Assembly: GCA_029932345.1 (NCBI GenBank)
Contig: JAOZQF010000001.1
Location: forward strand, 1 to 46,276
DNA from: Desulfuromusa sp.
Lineage (GTDB): Bacteria; Desulfobacterota; Desulfuromonadia; Desulfuromonadales; Geopsychrobacteraceae
Direction of reading: 5' to 3'
DNA: 46,276 nt
Shown here: piece after piece, positions 18,368 through 30,597 of the stretch
How positions within the stretch are numbered: the stretch's first letter is position 1
Layout: every line of letters starts with the position of its first letter
Notes under the pieces: model-generated
The model's database searches: none
The model's input: only the letters and a program-made list of their open reading frames with translations
Told to the model about the DNA's origin: nothing
Made by a program: the position numbers and the translations under genes

Positions 18368-19015
18368 TCAGCAGTCCTGAAGAGCCTCAATAATGGCCCG
18401 ATGAACCTTTAAAATTTCGCCCATCCCATCAACCGTTACCAACAATCCCTCTTCGCGATAATAATCTTCCAGGGGGGCTGTCTGCTGCTGATAGACCTTC
18501 ATCCGGTTACGAATTGTTTCCTCACGGTCATCGTCCCGCTGACTCAATTCTCCACCGCAGAAACGACAGGTTCCGTCTTGTGCTGGTGGATCGAAACGCA
18601 AATGGAACCCCTTGCCACAATCGACACAGGTACGACGTCCGGTCAATCTTTCGACGAGAGCATCGATATCCACCTGCAATGAGATGACAGAGTCCAGTTC
18701 CTGGCCAAGTTCTTTCAATACCTGCTTTAAAGAATCAGCTTGAGGTCGCGTACGTGGGAAGCCATCAAGAATGAAACCTTTCTGACAATCATCGTTCTGT
18801 AATCTTTCACGCACAATACCGACAACAACACTGTCAGGAACCAGCCCACCGGCATCCATGTGCTTCTTCGCTTCAATCCCCATTGGAGATTGAGCCTGAA
18901 CTGCGGTACGAAGCATATCACCAGTAGAAATCTGCGGAATACTATATTTTTCTACCAAAAGCGCAGCTTGTGTCCCTTTGCCCGCACCTGGAGGTCCTAA
19001 CAAAATAATTTTCAT
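18368..19015 (-). CDS. adk: Adenylate kinase (metal-binding LID)
   Basis: GPPGAGKGTQ, STGDMLR, LDGFPRT, CVDC..CRFC LID. Confidence 0.99.
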   Translation of the reverse strand: MKIILLGPPGAGKGTQAALLVEKYSIPQISTGDMLRTAVQAQSPMGIEAKKHMDAGGLVPDSVVVGIVRERLQNDDCQKGFILDGFPRTRPQADSLKQVLKELGQELDSVISLQVDIDALVERLTGRRTCVDCGKGFHLRFDPPAQDGTCRFCGGELSQRDDDREETIRNRMKVYQQQTAPLEDYYREEGLLVTVDGMGEILKVHRAIIEALQDC

Positions 19016-19024
19016 GGGAGTATC

Positions 19025-20332
19025 CTAGCCGTGCCGCCCCTTGAGCGTCACACCCTTCATAAAACCTTCATAAGAGCGTGAAATCAAATGCGCCTCTATC
19101 TGGGAGGCAGTGTCCATTCCCACACCAACGACAATAAGCAGCGACGTTCCACCAAAGAAGAAAGGAACATTCAGCTGACTGATTAAGAGAGTTGGCAGTA
19201 CACAAACCAGTGATATATAGATCGCACCAACAAAGGTCAAACGACTCAGCACGATATCTAAGTAATTTGCTGTCTCTTTGCCGGGCCGTATCCCAGGGAC
19301 GAATCCCCCCTGATTTTTAATATTATCTGCAACATTTACAGGGTTAAACGTTATAGCCGTGTAGAAGTAACAAAAGAAAACAATAAAAGCAATATAAAAA
19401 ACATTATACAGCCAGCTAGATGGTGACATGTAAGCAGACATCGTCTTGACCCAAGGGGCGTCAATGAAGCTTGCAATAGTCGCCGGGAACATCATGATAG
19501 AGCTAGCGAAAATCGGTGGAATAACTCCACTCATATTAATTTTCAAGGGAAGGTGACTCGCCTGCCCCCCCATATTTCGCATTCCGACAACTCGCTTGGC
19601 ATAGTGGATCGGCACACGGCGCTGAGCCCGCTCCATGAACACGATCGCCCCGACGGTAACTAACATGAGTGCCAAGATAAAAAGAACAATAGTGGGAGAC
19701 ATTGCACCGGTCTGAACCAACCGGATCGAGTTAACAATTGCGGAAGGCATCCCAGCAACAATACCAGCAAAGATAATCAACGAGATACCGTTACCAATAC
19801 CTCTTTCAGTAATTTGTTCACCAAGCCACATGATAAAAGCGGTACCGGCGGTCAGCGTAATGACCGTCATTAAAATAAAACCCATACCCGGATTCGGGAC
19901 GACCGGCTCACCCGCAGGACCAACCATCGATTGCAAACCTACTGCAATGCCGGTTCCCTGGATGAGAGCGAGGACAATAGTACCGTAACGGGTATACTCG
20001 GTGATCTTTTTTCGACCCGCTTCACCCTCTTTGGAGAGTTTTTCAATCGGCTCGAAAACAACCGTTAAAAGTTGTAAAATGATCGACGCACTGATGTACG
20101 GCATAATTCCGAGAGCAAAGACCGCCATCTGCTGCAAAGCACCGCCAGTAAATGCGCTGACCAAACCGAGCAAGGTTCCCTCGGTTCCCTCAAAAAACTT
20201 AGCCAGAACGTGGGCATCAATACCAGGCGTTGGAATATGACAACCGACACGGTAAACAGCCAGCATTGCCAAGGTGAAGAGGATCCTCCGCCGCAATTCG
20301 GGAATAGCCAGGATATTCTGCAGCGTTGACAT
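19025..20332 (-). CDS. secY: Preprotein translocase subunit SecY
   Basis: ALGIMPYISASII, WLGEQITERGIGNGISLIIF, PGIRPG, FGGTSLLI. Confidence 0.99.
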   Translation of the reverse strand: MSTLQNILAIPELRRRILFTLAMLAVYRVGCHIPTPGIDAHVLAKFFEGTEGTLLGLVSAFTGGALQQMAVFALGIMPYISASIILQLLTVVFEPIEKLSKEGEAGRKKITEYTRYGTIVLALIQGTGIAVGLQSMVGPAGEPVVPNPGMGFILMTVITLTAGTAFIMWLGEQITERGIGNGISLIIFAGIVAGMPSAIVNSIRLVQTGAMSPTIVLFILALMLVTVGAIVFMERAQRRVPIHYAKRVVGMRNMGGQASHLPLKINMSGVIPPIFASSIMMFPATIASFIDAPWVKTMSAYMSPSSWLYNVFYIAFIVFFCYFYTAITFNPVNVADNIKNQGGFVPGIRPGKETANYLDIVLSRLTFVGAIYISLVCVLPTLLISQLNVPFFFGGTSLLIVVGVGMDTASQIEAHLISRSYEGFMKGVTLKGRHG

Positions 20333-20334
20333 AC

Positions 20335-20775
20335 TTAAAGAACCTCGACCTTACCACCTGCAGCCTCAATCTTTGCTACAGCAGACTTACTGAATTTATG
20401 AGCATGAACCGTCAGAGGCTTGGTCAAATCACCATCTGCCAGGATCTTAATACCATCCTTGATTCCGCCAACCAAACCAGATTTTCCATACTGCTCCAAG
20501 TCAATGACCGAGTCCGCAGCAAAAGCTTCCAGATCACGCAAATTAACCAGATTATAAACTTTCTTATTTCTGGAAACAAATCCGCGCTTTGGAATTCTCC
20601 TCTGCAGAGGCATCTGACCACCTTCGAAGCCTGGCTTAACGCCACCACCACTACGTGAATTCTGCCCCTTGTGTCCTTTACCAGATTGCTTTCCGGTTCC
20701 AGAACCTGGGCCACGTCCAAGACGCTTTCTATTTTTTGTTGAGCCGGGGGCCGGCTTAAGATTACTTAAATCCAT
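20335..20775 (-). CDS. rplO: 50S ribosomal protein L15
   Basis: RLGRGPGSGTGK, GFEGGQMPL. Confidence 0.99.
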   Translation of the reverse strand: MDLSNLKPAPGSTKNRKRLGRGPGSGTGKQSGKGHKGQNSRSGGGVKPGFEGGQMPLQRRIPKRGFVSRNKKVYNLVNLRDLEAFAADSVIDLEQYGKSGLVGGIKDGIKILADGDLTKPLTVHAHKFSKSAVAKIEAAGGKVEVL

Positions 20776-20796
20776 CTTACTATCCTCTGCATGTTA

Positions 20797-20976
20797 TCAG
20801 TCTTCAACCGTCACCATGTGTTCAACTTTTCGGATCATTCCACGAATTTCTGGAGTGTCTTGTAAAGTTACTGTCTGATGCAGACGATTTAAACCAAGTC
20901 CTTTTAGAACTTTCGCGAAATAGGCCTTACGACCAATCGGACTTTTTTTCAGGGTGACTGTTACTTCCGTCGCCAT
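20797..20976 (-). CDS. rpmD: 50S ribosomal protein L30
   Basis: Below ORF-track cutoff; MATEVTVTLKKSPIGRKAYFAKVLKGLGLNRLHQTVTLQDTPEIRGMIRKVEHMVTVED*, between rpsE and rplO. Confidence 0.95.
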   Translation of the reverse strand: MATEVTVTLKKSPIGRKAYFAKVLKGLGLNRLHQTVTLQDTPEIRGMIRKVEHMVTVED

Positions 20977-21003
20977 TATTTTATTCTCCTAGATTCTGAA
21001 CCC

Positions 21004-21495
21004 TCAATCCTTGGTAATACCACGACGGGCATAAATCTCTTCAGGACTTTTGAGCATTTTCAACGCACTCATTGTTGCCTTGACGACATTGTGTGGGTTA
21101 TTTGAACCCAGACATTTAGTCAGGATATTTCCAATTCCAACCGCCTCAAGAATTGGTCGGACAGCCCCCCCGGCAATAACACCAGTACCATCAGATGCCG
21201 GCTTGAGGAGAACTCTCCCTGCACCAAACTTTCCAATGACATCATATGGAATAGTTCTGCCTTCCTGAATAGGCACCTTTATTAAACTCTTCTTGGCTGT
21301 TTCAACCCCCTTACGAATTGCTTCGGGGACCTCCTTAGCTTTGCCGAGTCCGTAGCCAACGTGACCATTTCCATCACCAACGATGACCAGGGCAGAAAAA
21401 CTGAAACGACGACCACCCTTCACAACTTTGGCGTTACGATTGATATGAATGACTCGATCAGTCAATTCTAGTTCATTGGGATCAATGTGCAGCAC
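21004..21495 (-). CDS. rpsE: 30S ribosomal protein S5
   Basis: [22 protein letters not shown]; GTG 21495 better spaced from SD than ATG 21501. Confidence 0.98.
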   Translation of the reverse strand: MLHIDPNELELTDRVIHINRNAKVVKGGRRFSFSALVIVGDGNGHVGYGLGKAKEVPEAIRKGVETAKKSLIKVPIQEGRTIPYDVIGKFGAGRVLLKPASDGTGVIAGGAVRPILEAVGIGNILTKCLGSNNPHNVVKATMSALKMLKSPEEIYARRGITKD

Positions 21496-21507
21496 AAACA
21501 TTCTCCT

Positions 21508-21870
21508 CTACAGCTTTAACCCGGCTTCCCTTGCAGCATCAGCAAGCGCTTGAACACGCCCTTGATACAGGAAACCGTTACGGTCGAAAACGACATTGGT
21601 GATATTATTATCAAGAGCTTTTTTGGCAATAGTCGTACCAACAGCCTTGGCTGCCTCAATATTACCTGTACCAGCTACGTCAACATCTTTACCAAGTGAT
21701 GAAGCTGCAACCAAAGTCGTACCGGTTCCATCTTCAATAATTTGTGCATAAATATGTTTTGCACTGCGAAAGACCGAGAGTCTGGGAGACTCACTTGTCC
21801 CGCGTACTTTTTTTCTGACCCGTGCTTGACGTTTAAGCCTTGCAACACGTCTTTTTTGGGAAACATCCAC
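21508..21870 (-). CDS. rplR: 50S ribosomal protein L18
   Basis: [27 protein letters not shown]. Confidence 0.98.
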   Translation of the reverse strand: MDVSQKRRVARLKRQARVRKKVRGTSESPRLSVFRSAKHIYAQIIEDGTGTTLVAASSLGKDVDVAGTGNIEAAKAVGTTIAKKALDNNITNVVFDRNGFLYQGRVQALADAAREAGLKL

Positions 21871-21897
21871 AATTCTGCTCCTCGCTAAAAGTCTTGC

Positions 21898-22434
21898 CTA
21901 CTTACCAGTCTTACCAGCTTTACGCATGATACGTTCATCTGCATACTTAATTCCCTTGCCTTTATAGGGCTCGGGTTTACGATATGAACGGATCTTTGCT
22001 GCGGCAGAACCGACAAGCTGCTTATCAATTCCGGTGACAGAGAGTTTAGTTTGCTTTTCAATCTGCACATCTATCCCATCGGGAAGCTGATAAACAACGG
22101 GATGAGAGTAGCCCAGAGATAAAGTCAGAACTTTACCGGCAATCTCAGCACGGTAACCAACACCATTAATCTCTAAATCTTTTTTAAATCCAACAGTGAC
22201 ACCGACAACCATGTTATTAATCAAAGCTCTGGTCAGCCCGTGCAATGCAGAATCCTGTTTACTATCCGAAGGTCTGGAAACCTTTACCTGGTCGGTTTCG
22301 ACTGCGATCGTCATCCGCTCGTGCAGTGACTGCGACAGAGAACCTTTCGGACCAGCTACAGTCATCATATTACCATCAAGGGAAACCTTGACTCCCGATG
22401 GAATAGCAACTGGTAATTTACCGATACGTGACAT
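21898..22434 (-). CDS. rplF: 50S ribosomal protein L6
   Basis: [17 protein letters not shown]. Confidence 0.99.
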   Translation of the reverse strand: MSRIGKLPVAIPSGVKVSLDGNMMTVAGPKGSLSQSLHERMTIAVETDQVKVSRPSDSKQDSALHGLTRALINNMVVGVTVGFKKDLEINGVGYRAEIAGKVLTLSLGYSHPVVYQLPDGIDVQIEKQTKLSVTGIDKQLVGSAAAKIRSYRKPEPYKGKGIKYADERIMRKAGKTGK

Positions 22435-22457
22435 TGTTCAAACTCCTTGATCTGCTA

Positions 22458-22856
22458 TTACCAAACGGTACAAACAACCTCACCACCCACTTTAGCCTGA
22501 CGCGCTGAAACATCATCAAGCACTCCTGCGGATGTTGAAAGGATTGAAGCACCTAAACCGTTCTTCACCCGTGGAATTTCATCGCTACCTACGTAAACAC
22601 GACGCCCCGGGGTAGATATACGTTTAATTTCATGAATAATCGGCAGCTGGTTATCATCATACTTCAGATAAATCCGCAGTATTCCCTGCTTACTATCACT
22701 TATAACCTTGCAATTCTTAAGATAACCAAGGTCTTTTAACACATTAGCAACAGCTACCTTGGCATTACTCGACGGCATATCAAGCTTTGCGTGGCCTGCC
22801 ATCCCGGCGTTTCTGATGCGGGTCAGCATGTCTGCCATCGGATCAGTCATAGACAT
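22458..22856 (-). CDS. rpsH: 30S ribosomal protein S8
   Basis: [28 protein letters not shown]. Confidence 0.99.
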   Translation of the reverse strand: MSMTDPMADMLTRIRNAGMAGHAKLDMPSSNAKVAVANVLKDLGYLKNCKVISDSKQGILRIYLKYDDNQLPIIHEIKRISTPGRRVYVGSDEIPRVKNGLGASILSTSAGVLDDVSARQAKVGGEVVCTVW

Positions 22857-22877
22857 GGGTGGATCTCCTTCTTGCTG

Positions 22878-23063
22878 TTACCAGCTGGACTTGACGACAC
22901 CAGGGAGTTTCCCTTCGGATGCCAGTTTCCGCAGACAAATTCTGCACATATCAAATTTACGATAATAAGCGCGTGGACGACCACATATCGGACAGCGGTT
23001 ATACTCACGAACCGCAAACTTTTTAGGCCGTTTTGATTTGGCAATCATCGATTTCTTCGCCAC
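22878..23063 (-). CDS. rpsN: 30S ribosomal protein S14 type Z (Zn-binding)
   Basis: 61 aa, [21 protein letters not shown]. Confidence 0.97.
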   Translation of the reverse strand: MAKKSMIAKSKRPKKFAVREYNRCPICGRPRAYYRKFDMCRICLRKLASEGKLPGVVKSSW

Positions 23064-23084
23064 AATTTCCTCCGCTCTTAAGCT

Positions 23085-23624
23085 TTATTTTCTAAACGGC
23101 ATACCGAGACCGGTCAGCAATGCGCGACCTTCCTCGTCTGTCCGAGCCGTTGTTACAATGGTGATATTCAAACCTGATACCTGGGCAATTTTGTCCAGGT
23201 CAATCTCTGGGAATATCAACTGCTCACGAATGCCTAAAGTATAATTACCGCGACCATCGAAAGCCTTGGGTGAAATCCCCTTGAAATCACGAACCCGAGG
23301 CAGAGCAACATTGACCAAACGATCAAGAAACTCCCATGCGCGGTCCTGGCGCAAGGTGACACACGCACCAATAGGGATGTCCTCACGCAATTTAAAACCT
23401 GCAATAGATCTCTTGGACTTGGTAATTACAGCCTTCTGTCCACTGATCCTAGCTAGTTCATCAACCGCAGATTCAAGCAATTTAGGGTTCTGAATCGCCT
23501 CACCGAGACCCATATTCAGAACAACCTTCTCAACTCGAGGAACTTCCATCACTGTTTTGTATTGGAATTCCTTCATCAGGGCAGGCACCTGCTCCTGAAG
23601 ATACGCCTGTTTTAACCTGGCCAT
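23085..23624 (-). CDS. rplE: 50S ribosomal protein L5
   Basis: [33 protein letters not shown] (track start 23627). Confidence 0.98.
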   Translation of the reverse strand: MARLKQAYLQEQVPALMKEFQYKTVMEVPRVEKVVLNMGLGEAIQNPKLLESAVDELARISGQKAVITKSKRSIAGFKLREDIPIGACVTLRQDRAWEFLDRLVNVALPRVRDFKGISPKAFDGRGNYTLGIREQLIFPEIDLDKIAQVSGLNITIVTTARTDEEGRALLTGLGMPFRK

Positions 23625-23636
23625 CAAACTCTCCGT

Positions 23637-23966
23637 TTATTTATCAACACTCTCGTTACATTTTTTGCAGTAACGAGTTTTACTGCCATCTTCAAGCAAT
23701 CGAACACCAGTACGTGTTGCCTGATTACATGAACCACAAATAAGCATAACATTCGAAATACTCAAAGGGGCCTCTTTCTCAAGAATACCACCCTCTGGAT
23801 ACAACTGATTAGGGCGAGTGTGTCGCTTGATCATATTAAGACCTTCAACGACAACGCGACTTTTCGAGGGAAACACCCGCAAAACCTTACCGGTTTTACC
23901 TTGTTCCTTCCCCGCAAGAATTTTCACCATATCATTTTTCTTGATATGTAATTTAACAATAGACAT
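23637..23966 (-). CDS. rplX: 50S ribosomal protein L24
   Basis: KOW motif IKKNDMVKILAGKEQGKTGKV, EAPLSISNV. Confidence 0.98.
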   Translation of the reverse strand: MSIVKLHIKKNDMVKILAGKEQGKTGKVLRVFPSKSRVVVEGLNMIKRHTRPNQLYPEGGILEKEAPLSISNVMLICGSCNQATRTGVRLLEDGSKTRYCKKCNESVDK

Positions 23967-23993
23967 TGCTTTGACACTCCAACTATCTGTAAT

Positions 23994-24362
23994 TTATAAA
24001 ACTTCGGGAGCCAATGAAACAATTTTCATATAGTGTCGTGCACGTAACTCCCGAGCTACCGGCCCAAAGATACGGGTACCGAGGGGTTCATTACCGGTTC
24101 CGACAACAACGGCAGAGTTTCCATCAAAACGGATGAATGATCCATCTGGACGGGGAACCTCTTTCGCAGTACGAACGATAACAGCACGCACAACGTCACC
24201 CTTCTTGACCTTTGAATTTGGCAATGCCTCTTTGACACTACAAATAACAATATCGCCGATCCCGGCGTACTTACGTTTTGATCCCCCGGGAACTTTGATA
24301 CAACAAAGTTTTTTAGCCCCTGAGTTATCAGCAACACTAAGCATGGTTTGCATCTGAATCAT
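23994..24362 (-). CDS. rplN: 50S ribosomal protein L14
   Basis: [28 protein letters not shown]. Confidence 0.99.
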   Translation of the reverse strand: MIQMQTMLSVADNSGAKKLCCIKVPGGSKRKYAGIGDIVICSVKEALPNSKVKKGDVVRAVIVRTAKEVPRPDGSFIRFDGNSAVVVGTGNEPLGTRIFGPVARELRARHYMKIVSLAPEVL

Positions 24363-24374
24363 AAATAAACTCTC

Positions 24375-24641
24375 CTACGCAGTAACAGCTTTTTCCAAAA
24401 CCTGTCGTACACGCCAGCGCTTGTCTTTCGACAATGGTCTTGTTTCGACAATGAGAACCTTATCACCAATACCGCAACTGTTATTCTCATCATGAGCTTT
24501 ACAGGTGACTTTACGTTTCATGTATTTTTTATAGACACTGTGCTTGACCAGATTATCAACTCTGACAACAACGGTTTTGTCCATCTTATTACTGACAACT
24601 ACACCGACGCGGGTGCTTCTGTTACCTCGTTCTAGACTCAT
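24375..24641 (-). CDS. rpsQ: 30S ribosomal protein S17
   Basis: [31 protein letters not shown]. Confidence 0.98.
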   Translation of the reverse strand: MSLERGNRSTRVGVVVSNKMDKTVVVRVDNLVKHSVYKKYMKRKVTCKAHDENNSCGIGDKVLIVETRPLSKDKRWRVRQVLEKAVTA

Positions 24642-24654
24642 TTTTCCTCACACA

Positions 24655-24846
24655 CTAAGCATTCAGCTTATCAGAAAGAATAGTTTTCATCCGGGCAACA
24701 TCTTTACGCACTTGTGGAACTCTCGATGTATTCTCCAAATGCCCGGTATGCAACTGAAATTTCAGGTTAAATAATTCCTGCTGCATTTCCTGTGTTTTGG
24801 TCTGTAATTCCTCAACACTGAGATCTTTGATTTCACTAACTTTCAT
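24655..24846 (-). CDS. rpmC: 50S ribosomal protein L29
   Basis: [23 protein letters not shown]; ATG 24846 after GAGG, overlapping the rplP end. Confidence 0.95.
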   Translation of the reverse strand: MKVSEIKDLSVEELQTKTQEMQQELFNLKFQLHTGHLENTSRVPQVRKDVARMKTILSDKLNA

Positions 24847-25258
24847 CGCCAACCTCTCTTCTGACAAACTTGGTTCTCATTGGCAGTTTGTGCGCACCTA
24901 AACGAAATGCTTCACGAGCTACCTCTTCGGTTACACCCTGCATCTCATATAACATGTGACCAGGCTTGACTACGGCAACCCATTTTTCCGGAGACCCCTT
25001 ACCTTTACCCATCCGGGTCTCGGCAGGCTTACTGGTCAACGGTTTATGGGGGAAGGTACGGATCCAAATCTTACCACCACGCTTGATATAACGGGTCATT
25101 GCACGACGGGCAGCCTCAATCTGACGGGCAGAAAGCCAACCACACTCCAATGCTTGCAAACCGTAATCACCGAAACTGACTTCAGTTCCACGGGATGCCT
25201 GACCGGCCATTCGTCCGGTAAATTGTTTTCTTCGTTTTACTTTTTTCGGCATTAACAT
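24836..25258 (-). CDS. rplP: 50S ribosomal protein L16
   Basis: [22 protein letters not shown]. Confidence 0.99.
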   Translation of the reverse strand: MLMPKKVKRRKQFTGRMAGQASRGTEVSFGDYGLQALECGWLSARQIEAARRAMTRYIKRGGKIWIRTFPHKPLTSKPAETRMGKGKGSPEKWVAVVKPGHMLYEMQGVTEEVAREAFRLGAHKLPMRTKFVRREVGDES

Positions 25259-25274
25259 GACACGCTACTCCTGA

Positions 25275-25925
25275 TCAGCCGACCGGCTGTACTTTCTCTT
25301 TACCTAGCACTTCACCTTTAAAGATGAGTACCTTGACACCGATAATCCCATAGGTTGTCATAGCTTCTGCAAACCCATAATCTATATCAGCCCGCAAAGT
25401 ATGCAGGGGGACACGACCCTCACGATACCATTCTGTTCGGCTCATCTCAGCTCCACCAAGACGACCAGCACAGTTGATTTTGATTCCCTTAGCGCCGAAC
25501 TTAAGTGCCATACTGACACTCCGCTTCATCGCGCGACGGAAAGCGACCCTCCGCTCAAGTTGCAAAACAATATTTTCTGCGACGAGCTGAGCATCGACTT
25601 CAGGTTTTCTTACTTCCTGAATATTGATAAAGCATTCATCATCGGTGATCTTAGCCAGATCCTTTTTAAGAACCTCAACTTCTGCACCTTTTTTACCGAT
25701 GATAATACCGGGACGAGCAGCAAAGATGTTAATCTTCACTTTATTAGCTGCACGTTCCAGTTCAATTTTAGAAATACCTGCGTGATACAACCGCTTCTTC
25801 AAAAAGTTACGCAATTTCAAATCAGCATGCAGCTTTACAGCATAATCGGAATCCGCATACCAGCGAGACTCCCACGTCCGGTTAATTCCCAGACGAAATC
25901 CTATCGGATGAACTTTCTGGCCCAA
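25275..25925 (-). CDS. rpsC: 30S ribosomal protein S3
   Basis: [35 protein letters not shown]; TTG start. Confidence 0.99.
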   Translation of the reverse strand: MGQKVHPIGFRLGINRTWESRWYADSDYAVKLHADLKLRNFLKKRLYHAGISKIELERAANKVKINIFAARPGIIIGKKGAEVEVLKKDLAKITDDECFINIQEVRKPEVDAQLVAENIVLQLERRVAFRRAMKRSVSMALKFGAKGIKINCAGRLGGAEMSRTEWYREGRVPLHTLRADIDYGFAEAMTTYGIIGVKVLIFKGEVLGKEKVQPVG

Positions 25926-25942
25926 AGGGATACCTCCTCGAC

Positions 25943-26275
25943 TTACTTCACATCCAGAACCACAGTAATGTGGCTGGTAGGCTTACGAATTCGACTGGCA
26001 CGACCCTGAGCACGAGGTCTAAAACGCTTTAATGCCGGGCCCTGATCAACCATAACTGTTTTCACAAACAGCTGGTCTACATCAGAAACACCACCTTGCT
26101 CAGCATTTGCAACAGCAGATTTCAACAGTTTAGATAGAATAGGTGCGGTTTTCTGAGGAGAGACTTGAAGGATGTTCATCGCCTCCTGAATCCCCTTACC
26201 GCGTACCATATCAACAACGAGCCTCGCCTTGCGTGACGAGAGACGTACATTTCTTAATTTTGCCTGTACTTCCAT
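25943..26275 (-). CDS. rplV: 50S ribosomal protein L22
   Basis: [30 protein letters not shown]. Confidence 0.99.
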   Translation of the reverse strand: MEVQAKLRNVRLSSRKARLVVDMVRGKGIQEAMNILQVSPQKTAPILSKLLKSAVANAEQGGVSDVDQLFVKTVMVDQGPALKRFRPRAQGRASRIRKPTSHITVVLDVK

Positions 26276-26308
26276 TACTTGGCACTCCTGTCAGAAAATG
26301 TCGTGGAA

Positions 26309-26587
26309 CTATCTGACTTTACTTTTTCGATCACTTCCGTGCCCGTAATAAGTACGGGTCGGCGCAAATTCACCCAATTTATGTCCAACCATATTCTCAC
26401 TGACAAAAACCGGAATGAACTTCTTTCCGTTATGTACAGCAAAAGTCAGACCAACGAATTCAGGAATAATGGTCGAACGGCGCGACCAAGTCTTAATAAC
26501 TTTATTCCGACTTGAATCACCCTCGAGGTTAACATTACGTAAGAGACACTCTTGAATGTAGGGCCCTTTTTTAACTGATCTTGCCAC
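26309..26587 (-). CDS. rpsS: 30S ribosomal protein S19
   Basis: [29 protein letters not shown]. Confidence 0.99.
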   Translation of the reverse strand: MARSVKKGPYIQECLLRNVNLEGDSSRNKVIKTWSRRSTIIPEFVGLTFAVHNGKKFIPVFVSENMVGHKLGEFAPTRTYYGHGSDRKSKVR

Positions 26588-26610
26588 GTGATTCTCCTAA
26601 ATACTTAGAA

Positions 26611-27438
26611 TTACTTTTTATTCCGCCGACGGACGATAAATTTATCTGTTCGCCGGTTTGATCTTGTCTTATAACCTTTAGTTGGCACACCCCAGGGAGT
26701 TACCGGGTGACGACCACCAGAACTTTTGCCCTCACCACCACCATGGGGATGATCAACAGGGTTCATAGCAACACCGCGAGATTGTGGACGTTTACCTAAC
26801 CAACGGTTACGACCCGCTTTGCCAATCTTGATTTTTTCAAAATCCAAGTTACCAACCTGGCCAATCGTTGCACGACAGTCTTGCATGACTAAACGAACTT
26901 CACCAGAGGGCAAACGCAACTGAGCGTAACGTCCTTCCTTTGCTGCAATCATGGCATAAGCACCTGCACTGCGAGCCAATTGACCACCTTTGCCGACCTT
27001 CAACTCAACATTATGAACCCATGTGCCGAGCGGTATCGAACGAATCGTCAAAGTATTTCCTGGACGAATATCTGCTGAATCACTGGCAACAACACGGTCA
27101 TCAACATTCAAACCATTCGGTGCCAGGATATAGCGCTTTTCACCATCGACATAAAACAACAATGCAATTCTGGCGCTACGATTCGGATCGTATTCGATAG
27201 CTGCAACACGAGCCGGAACTTCCAATTTGTCACGGAGAAAATCTACAATACGATACTGACGTTTATGACCACCGCCAGTATGACGCTTTGTTATACGCCC
27301 GGTATTATTACGACCACCGGAGCGAGACAATGGCGCCAGTAGGGATTTTTCCGGTTTAGTCTTGGTGATCTCTTCAAATGTAGAAGAGGTCATATGACGC
27401 CGACCATCCGAGGTTGGATTATACTTCTTGATACCCAT
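26611..27438 (-). CDS. rplB: 50S ribosomal protein L2
   Basis: [29 protein letters not shown]. Confidence 0.99.
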   Translation of the reverse strand: MGIKKYNPTSDGRRHMTSSTFEEITKTKPEKSLLAPLSRSGGRNNTGRITKRHTGGGHKRQYRIVDFLRDKLEVPARVAAIEYDPNRSARIALLFYVDGEKRYILAPNGLNVDDRVVASDSADIRPGNTLTIRSIPLGTWVHNVELKVGKGGQLARSAGAYAMIAAKEGRYAQLRLPSGEVRLVMQDCRATIGQVGNLDFEKIKIGKAGRNRWLGKRPQSRGVAMNPVDHPHGGGEGKSSGGRHPVTPWGVPTKGYKTRSNRRTDKFIVRRRNKK

Positions 27439-27471
27439 ATTAACTACTCCATACCTGCAAAGCGCGCAGCC

Positions 27472-27759
27472 TTACACACCATAAAAATCTATATTCTGTC
27501 CCTCTTCGAGGGTCACATATGCTTTTTTCCAGTTATTCCGCTGTCCCGAACTGAGACCAACCCGCTTCATTTTGCCACGAAACTGCATCGTGTTAACGGC
27601 CTTGACTTTAACATCAAAAGCCTTCTCGACGGCTTGCTTAATCTCAATTTTGTTAGCACTGCGACTCACTTCAAAAGTTACAATCTGGGAGCTCTCTTTA
27701 AGCAAGTTTGCCTTTTCAGAGATTAACGGCTTACGAATAATTTCGTACAAGGGTTTCAT
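27472..27759 (-). CDS. rplW: 50S ribosomal protein L23
   Basis: [25 protein letters not shown]. Confidence 0.98.
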   Translation of the reverse strand: MKPLYEIIRKPLISEKANLLKESSQIVTFEVSRSANKIEIKQAVEKAFDVKVKAVNTMQFRGKMKRVGLSSGQRNNWKKAYVTLEEGQNIDFYGV

Positions 27760-28379
27760 TTTTCCAAAGCTCCTTCAATCTCATTTACCGCAGCATCAGT
27801 CAAAACGAGGTTAGGGTATTTGAGAATATCGTAGACATTCACACCCTCGGCCCGCAACACCTTGACATTTTGTAAATTGCGCGCAGAAAGCTCTATTTTA
27901 GAATCAGCCTGATCAATAACAATAAGAGCTCCATCCAACTCAAAGCGCTTAATCAGCTGAGCAAAAGACTTACTGCTGATTTCATCCACAACAAGTTCCT
28001 TGACAACAACCAGCTTCTCAGCCTGAAAGCGTGCTGACAGGGCACTGCAGAGTGCAGCTTTTTTAACCTTGCGATTCAACTTAAAAGTGTAGTCCTTGGG
28101 AGACGGACCGAAAGCAACACCACCACCTACATAATGGGGGGCACGGATAGTTCCCTGACGGGCATTACCAGTTCCCTTCTGGCGATATGGTTTCTTACTT
28201 CCACCTTTGACCGCACTACGGTTTTTAGTTGCAGCTGACCCCTGACGACGTGCAGCAAGTTGATAGCGCACCATGTCGTGCAAAAGGTACTCTTTAACGT
28301 CGGTATTAAAAACAGCCTCAGCAAGCTCACGCTCACCAACCTGTTTATTATCTTGATCATAAATTGTTACAGTTGCCAT
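27756..28379 (-). CDS. rplD: 50S ribosomal protein L4
   Basis: [22 protein letters not shown]; ATG 28379 after GGAG preferred over track 28433. Confidence 0.98.
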   Translation of the reverse strand: MATVTIYDQDNKQVGERELAEAVFNTDVKEYLLHDMVRYQLAARRQGSAATKNRSAVKGGSKKPYRQKGTGNARQGTIRAPHYVGGGVAFGPSPKDYTFKLNRKVKKAALCSALSARFQAEKLVVVKELVVDEISSKSFAQLIKRFELDGALIVIDQADSKIELSARNLQNVKVLRAEGVNVYDILKYPNLVLTDAAVNEIEGALEK

Positions 28380-28404
28380 TTCTCTACTCCTACATCCGTC
28401 GGGT

Positions 28405-29028
28405 CTAAGCTTTGATCCCTTTACGGATCTCAATCAAACTATTCTTTGCCCCGGGCACAGCACCACGGACGAAGACAAGGTTTTGCTCAGGTCTGACATC
28501 GATGACAATCAGATTCTGTGTTGTCACTCGTTCATTACCCATTTGACCAGGCATTTTCTTTCCCTTGATGACCTTTGCAGGCCAGGCAGACTGCCCAATA
28601 GCACCAGGTCTACGCTTAAACATGGAGCCGTGGGTAGCACGTCCACCAGAAAATCCCCAGCGTTTGATGACTCCTTGGAACCCTTTACCTTTGCTTGTCC
28701 CGGTCACATCGATTCGATCTCCCGGACTGAATAGCTCACAAGATATCTGATCACCTACAGCGCATTCATCAACTAATTTGAATTCACGCACGTAACTAAA
28801 CGCACCCTTACCGGTCTTCTTAAAGTGACCCATTTCAGGCTTATTAACACGCTTTGCGTCCTTGGCCTGAAAGCCAAGTTGAACCGCTTCATATCCATCA
28901 CTGGCAGAAGTCTTTTTCTGCAACACAGTACATGGCCCCACTTCCAGAATTGTGACTGGAATTCTCTGGCCATCTGCGGCATAAATCTGACTCATGCCTA
29001 TTTTTTTCCCTAATAATCCGTTGGTCAT
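28405..29028 (-). CDS. rplC: 50S ribosomal protein L3
   Basis: [32 protein letters not shown]. Confidence 0.99.
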   Translation of the reverse strand: MTNGLLGKKIGMSQIYAADGQRIPVTILEVGPCTVLQKKTSASDGYEAVQLGFQAKDAKRVNKPEMGHFKKTGKGAFSYVREFKLVDECAVGDQISCELFSPGDRIDVTGTSKGKGFQGVIKRWGFSGGRATHGSMFKRRPGAIGQSAWPAKVIKGKKMPGQMGNERVTTQNLIVIDVRPEQNLVFVRGAVPGAKNSLIEIRKGIKA

Positions 29029-29060
29029 TATCGTGCCCTTAAATCGCTGTAAGTATTAAC

Positions 29061-29369
<309 letters not shown>

Positions 29370-29383
29370 TAATCTTACCTCTT

Positions 29384-30577
29384 CTACTCGATAACTTCAC
29401 TAACCACACCGGCACCGACAGTTCGGCCACCTTCGCGGATTGCAAAGCGCAGTTCTTTATCCATGGCGATCGGGGTGATCAATTCTGCGGTCATGGAAAT
29501 GTTATCTCCAGGCATGACCATCTCGACACCTTCGGGAAGTTCTACGATTCCGGTCACATCAGTGGTACGGAAGTAAAACTGGGGACGATACCCTTTGAAG
29601 AATGGGGTATGACGCCCGCCTTCTTCTTTGGTGAGGATATAGGCTTCTGCTTTGAACTTGGTGTGGGGGGTGATGCTGCCGGGCTTCGACAGAACTTGTC
29701 CCCGTTCAATTTGATCACGCTTGAGTCCACGCAGCAGGATGCCACAGTTGTCGCCGGCTTGGCCTTGATCGAGCAGTTTACGGAACATCTCGACTCCGGT
29801 GACGACGGTTTTCTGGGTCTCTTTCATGCCGACAATTTCGACTTCTTCCTGGACTTTGATGATCCCTCTTTCAACTCGTCCGGTGGCGACTGTGCCGCGG
29901 CCTGAGATGGAGAAGACGTCTTCTACGGGCATCAGAAAGGGGCGATCAATGGCGCGCTCGGGCTCGGGAATGTAGTTGTCTACGGCTTCCATGAGTTCGA
30001 GTACTTTGTCTTTTCCGATTTCGTCGTCGCGACCTTCGAGGGCGGCGAGGGCGGAACCGGCGATGACGGGGATATCGTCTCCGGGGAAGTCATAGCTGGA
30101 AAGCAGTTCTCTGATCTCCATGTCTACGAGTTCGAGGAGTTCTTCGTCATCGACCATGTCGGCTTTGTTCAAGAAGACCACCATGGCGGGGACACCAACC
30201 TGACGGGCCAGCAGGATATGCTCGCGGGTCTGGGGCATGGGGCCATCGGCGGCTGAGACAACCAGAATTGCTCCGTCCATCTGGGCGGCTCCGGTGATCA
30301 TGTTCTTGACATAGTCGGCGTGACCGGGACAGTCAACATGTGCATAGTGACGGTTTTCGGTCTCGTATTCGACGTGGGCGGTGGCGATGGTGATGCCGCG
30401 CTCGCGCTCTTCGGGGGCGTTGTCGATCTGATCGAATGCTTTGACTTCTCCGCCACCCATCTTTTCTGCTAATACTTTGGTGATGGCTGCTGTCAGTGTG
30501 GTCTTGCCATGGTCAACGTGACCGATGGTGCCAATATTGACGTGCGGCTTTGTCCTTTCGTACTTTTCCTTGGACAT
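29384..30577 (-). CDS. tuf: Elongation factor Tu (str-operon copy)
   Basis: [32 protein letters not shown]. Confidence 0.99.
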   Translation of the reverse strand: MSKEKYERTKPHVNIGTIGHVDHGKTTLTAAITKVLAEKMGGGEVKAFDQIDNAPEERERGITIATAHVEYETENRHYAHVDCPGHADYVKNMITGAAQMDGAILVVSAADGPMPQTREHILLARQVGVPAMVVFLNKADMVDDEELLELVDMEIRELLSSYDFPGDDIPVIAGSALAALEGRDDEIGKDKVLELMEAVDNYIPEPERAIDRPFLMPVEDVFSISGRGTVATGRVERGIIKVQEEVEIVGMKETQKTVVTGVEMFRKLLDQGQAGDNCGILLRGLKRDQIERGQVLSKPGSITPHTKFKAEAYILTKEEGGRHTPFFKGYRPQFYFRTTDVTGIVELPEGVEMVMPGDNISMTAELITPIAMDKELRFAIREGGRTVGAGVVSEVIE

Positions 30578-30597
30578 AATAAACTCCTATCCTCAGT

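Noticed and set aside
25401-26009. 202-aa antisense ORF (also 43553-44155, 36143-36724, 45607-46161 and other short track ORFs)
   Set aside because: Shadow frames opposite or within highly conserved genes; no motifs or SD support
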